From contig CAZJDL010000005.1 of the NCBI GenBank assembly GCA_964544755.1, positions 1 to 52,032 of the forward strand: a stretch of 52,032 bases of DNA, written 5' to 3'. This stretch comes from an uncultured Pseudomonadales bacterium. Lineage in GTDB: Bacteria; Pseudomonadota; Gammaproteobacteria; Pseudomonadales; JAUIET01. Both the position numbers and the translations under genes were made by a program. This document shows, in pieces, positions 49,919 to 52,032 of the stretch; the stretch's first letter is position 1, and each line of letters starts with the position of its first letter. The notes beneath the pieces are model-generated. The model searched no databases. It saw nothing but the letters and a program-made list of their open reading frames with translations, and was not told where the DNA came from.

Positions 49919-51943
49919 CTACACTGCACTCATAAACTGGTGTTTTTTTAGTTGCTGAATTTGATCGCGCGTTTGCGCCGCTTCTTCGAACTCCAGATTT
50001 TTGGCATGCTGGTACATTTTTTCTTCCAGCTGCTTCAACAGTCGTGACAATTTACGCGGATCATCCAACGGCACGCCGGGCAAGTCAATATAGGCCGTCT
50101 TGGCGTCTTTGGCCTTTCTGCGCCCTTTGCCTTTACCCGGCGCGTAACTCACTTCGAGTATATCGGCAACCGATTTTTTAACGCCTGTGGGCGTAATGCC
50201 GTGTGCTTCGTTGAATTCCACTTGTTTGATGCGGCGGCGTTCGGTTTCATCCATGGCCCGCTGCATTGAACCGGTGATCCGATCCGCATAAAGAATGGCA
50301 GCACCGTTCAGATTACGAGCCGCACGTCCAATAGTTTGAATAAGTGACGATTCCGACCGTAGAAAACCTTCTTTATCGGCGTCGAGAATGGCGATTAGCG
50401 CAACTTCGGGCATATCCAGCCCTTCACGCAGCAAATTTATGCCGACTAACACGTCGAATTCACCGAGGCGAAGATCACGGATAATCTCCACCCGTTCCAG
50501 CGTGTCAATATCAGAATGCAGGTATCTGACCCGCACGCCATGCTCAGCCAAATACTCGGTTAAGTCTTCCGCCATGCGCTTGGTCAATACCGTAACCAGC
50601 ACACGTTCGCCTTGGGCAACGCGCTTGCCGATTTCCGACAGCAAATCGTCAACCTGGGTGAGCGCGGGGCGCACCTCGATGGCCGGATCGACGAGACCAG
50701 TGGGACGCACCACCTGCTCCACCACCTGGCCGGCTCTCTCCATTTCGTACGGACGCGGCGTGGCCGACACGAATATTGCTTGCGCGACGGTCGCTTCCCA
50801 CTCGTCAAAGCGCATGGGGCGATTGTCCAGCGCCGACGGCAAGCGAAAACCATATTCAACCAGCGTTTCTTTGCGCGATCGATCGCCGCGGTACATGCCG
50901 CCGATCTGCGGTACGCCAACATGTGATTCGTCTACCACGACCAGGGCATTGTCAGGCAGATAATCAAACAGAGTTGGCGGTGGCTCGCCAGCCTCACGCC
51001 CCGACAAATAGCGCGAATAATTTTCGATGCCGGTGCAATAACCCAACTCGCGAATCATTTCCACATCATAGCGAGTACGTTGCTCCAGGCGTTGCGCTTC
51101 CACCAGCTTGTCATTGGCACGCAAATGCTCAAGCCGTTCAACCAACTCTTGTTCAATTTTGTCGACCGCAAGCAGCAGGTTTTCGCGCGGGGTCACGTAA
51201 TGCGTTTTAGGGTAAATAGTCACTCGCGCGACTTTTTCTAACACCTGGCCGGTCAAGGGGTCGAAGCGCGCGATGGATTCGACTTCGTCGTCGAACAACT
51301 CGACTCGAATCGCCAGCTCTTCACTTTCAGCCGGAAACACATCGATCACATCGCCGCGCACCCGATAGGCGCCACGGGAAAAATCGACGTCGTTGCGAGT
51401 GTATTGCAGCTCGGCCAGCCGACGCACGATGTAGCGCTGATCAGCCTGGTCGCCGCGCACCAGATGCAGCACCATTTTCAGGTAGGCGCCGGGCTCGCCA
51501 AGGCCGTAAATGGCAGATACGGTCGCCACCACAATCGCATCAGGTCTTTCTATCAGCGCCTTGGTGGCAGACAAGCGCATTTGTTCTATGTGTTCATTGA
51601 CCGAAGCGTCTTTGTCGATAAACGTGTCCGACGCCGGCACGTAGGCTTCCGGCTGATAGTAATCGTAGTAGGAAACGAAATATTCAACAGCATTGCTCGG
51701 GAAAAACTCTTTAAATTCACCATAAAGCTGAGCTGCAAGCGTTTTATTCGGCGCCATGATAATGGCTGGCCGCTGGATTTGTTCGATCACATTGGCAATG
51801 GTAAAGGTTTTACCCGAGCCCGTTACACCCAGCAATACCTGCGCGTGCAGGCCAGCTTCTATGCCTTCGACCAGTTGGCAAATCGCTGCTGGCTGGTCAC
51901 CGGCCGGCTCAAACTTGGCTTTAACCTTGAATTTCTTGTCCAT
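49919..51943 (-). CDS. uvrB: Excinuclease ABC subunit B
   Basis: 674-aa ORF with Walker [11 protein letters not shown], helicase motifs, the beta-hairpin region and the C-terminal UVR domain ([28 protein letters not shown]). Confidence 0.96.
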   Translation of the reverse strand: MDKKFKVKAKFEPAGDQPAAICQLVEGIEAGLHAQVLLGVTGSGKTFTIANVIEQIQRPAIIMAPNKTLAAQLYGEFKEFFPSNAVEYFVSYYDYYQPEAYVPASDTFIDKDASVNEHIEQMRLSATKALIERPDAIVVATVSAIYGLGEPGAYLKMVLHLVRGDQADQRYIVRRLAELQYTRNDVDFSRGAYRVRGDVIDVFPAESEELAIRVELFDDEVESIARFDPLTGQVLEKVARVTIYPKTHYVTPRENLLLAVDKIEQELVERLEHLRANDKLVEAQRLEQRTRYDVEMIRELGYCTGIENYSRYLSGREAGEPPPTLFDYLPDNALVVVDESHVGVPQIGGMYRGDRSRKETLVEYGFRLPSALDNRPMRFDEWEATVAQAIFVSATPRPYEMERAGQVVEQVVRPTGLVDPAIEVRPALTQVDDLLSEIGKRVAQGERVLVTVLTKRMAEDLTEYLAEHGVRVRYLHSDIDTLERVEIIRDLRLGEFDVLVGINLLREGLDMPEVALIAILDADKEGFLRSESSLIQTIGRAARNLNGAAILYADRITGSMQRAMDETERRRIKQVEFNEAHGITPTGVKKSVADILEVSYAPGKGKGRRKAKDAKTAYIDLPGVPLDDPRKLSRLLKQLEEKMYQHAKNLEFEEAAQTRDQIQQLKKHQFMSAV

Positions 51944-52032
51944 ATGAGCGTTTTGTTTATCTCATTGTGCCGAATCCATAGAAAGGTGCGATCCGGATTT
52001 AGTTTCACAAGGATTGAGCCGCATACAATAAC

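Overview
This 52 kb window looks like a gammaproteobacterial chromosome segment, judged from gene content and order; I did not run a database search. Most of it is ordinary core genome on the minus strand. The core includes the conserved block thrS-infC-rpmI-rplT-pheS-pheT-ihfA-merR-tRNA-Pro, plus uvrB and tRNA-Val. It also includes metE behind a cobalamin riboswitch, a cystathionine beta-synthase/gamma-lyase pair, purU, pdxH, an aidB-like gene, a cfa-like gene, several transporters (SSF, SulP, LysE, SugE) and assorted hydrolases and oxidoreductases. The left ~10 kb is visibly AT-richer and looks accessory. It holds a decaying iron-uptake locus driven from a near-consensus Fur box: a tandemly duplicated TonB-dependent receptor (one copy frameshifted), an ABC-ATPase stub, and an orphan type II thioesterase whose 3' end is replaced by an ISKra4-family IS. 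A PepSY-TM protein and an IS66-like remnant complete the region. I found no CRISPR array, no recognisable defence genes and no convincing new multi-gene system. The most unusual signals are small and structural. They are a 155-bp MITE-like nested palindrome sitting on a stop codon upstream of thrS, and a partial copy of tRNA-Val followed by about 110 nt of overlapping hairpins. The others are a degenerate tRNA-Pro 3'-end repeat, a likely AUC start for infC, and a protein with a GlyGly-CTERM-like tail. All functional calls come from reading the translated ORFs and the DNA by eye, so they need database confirmation.
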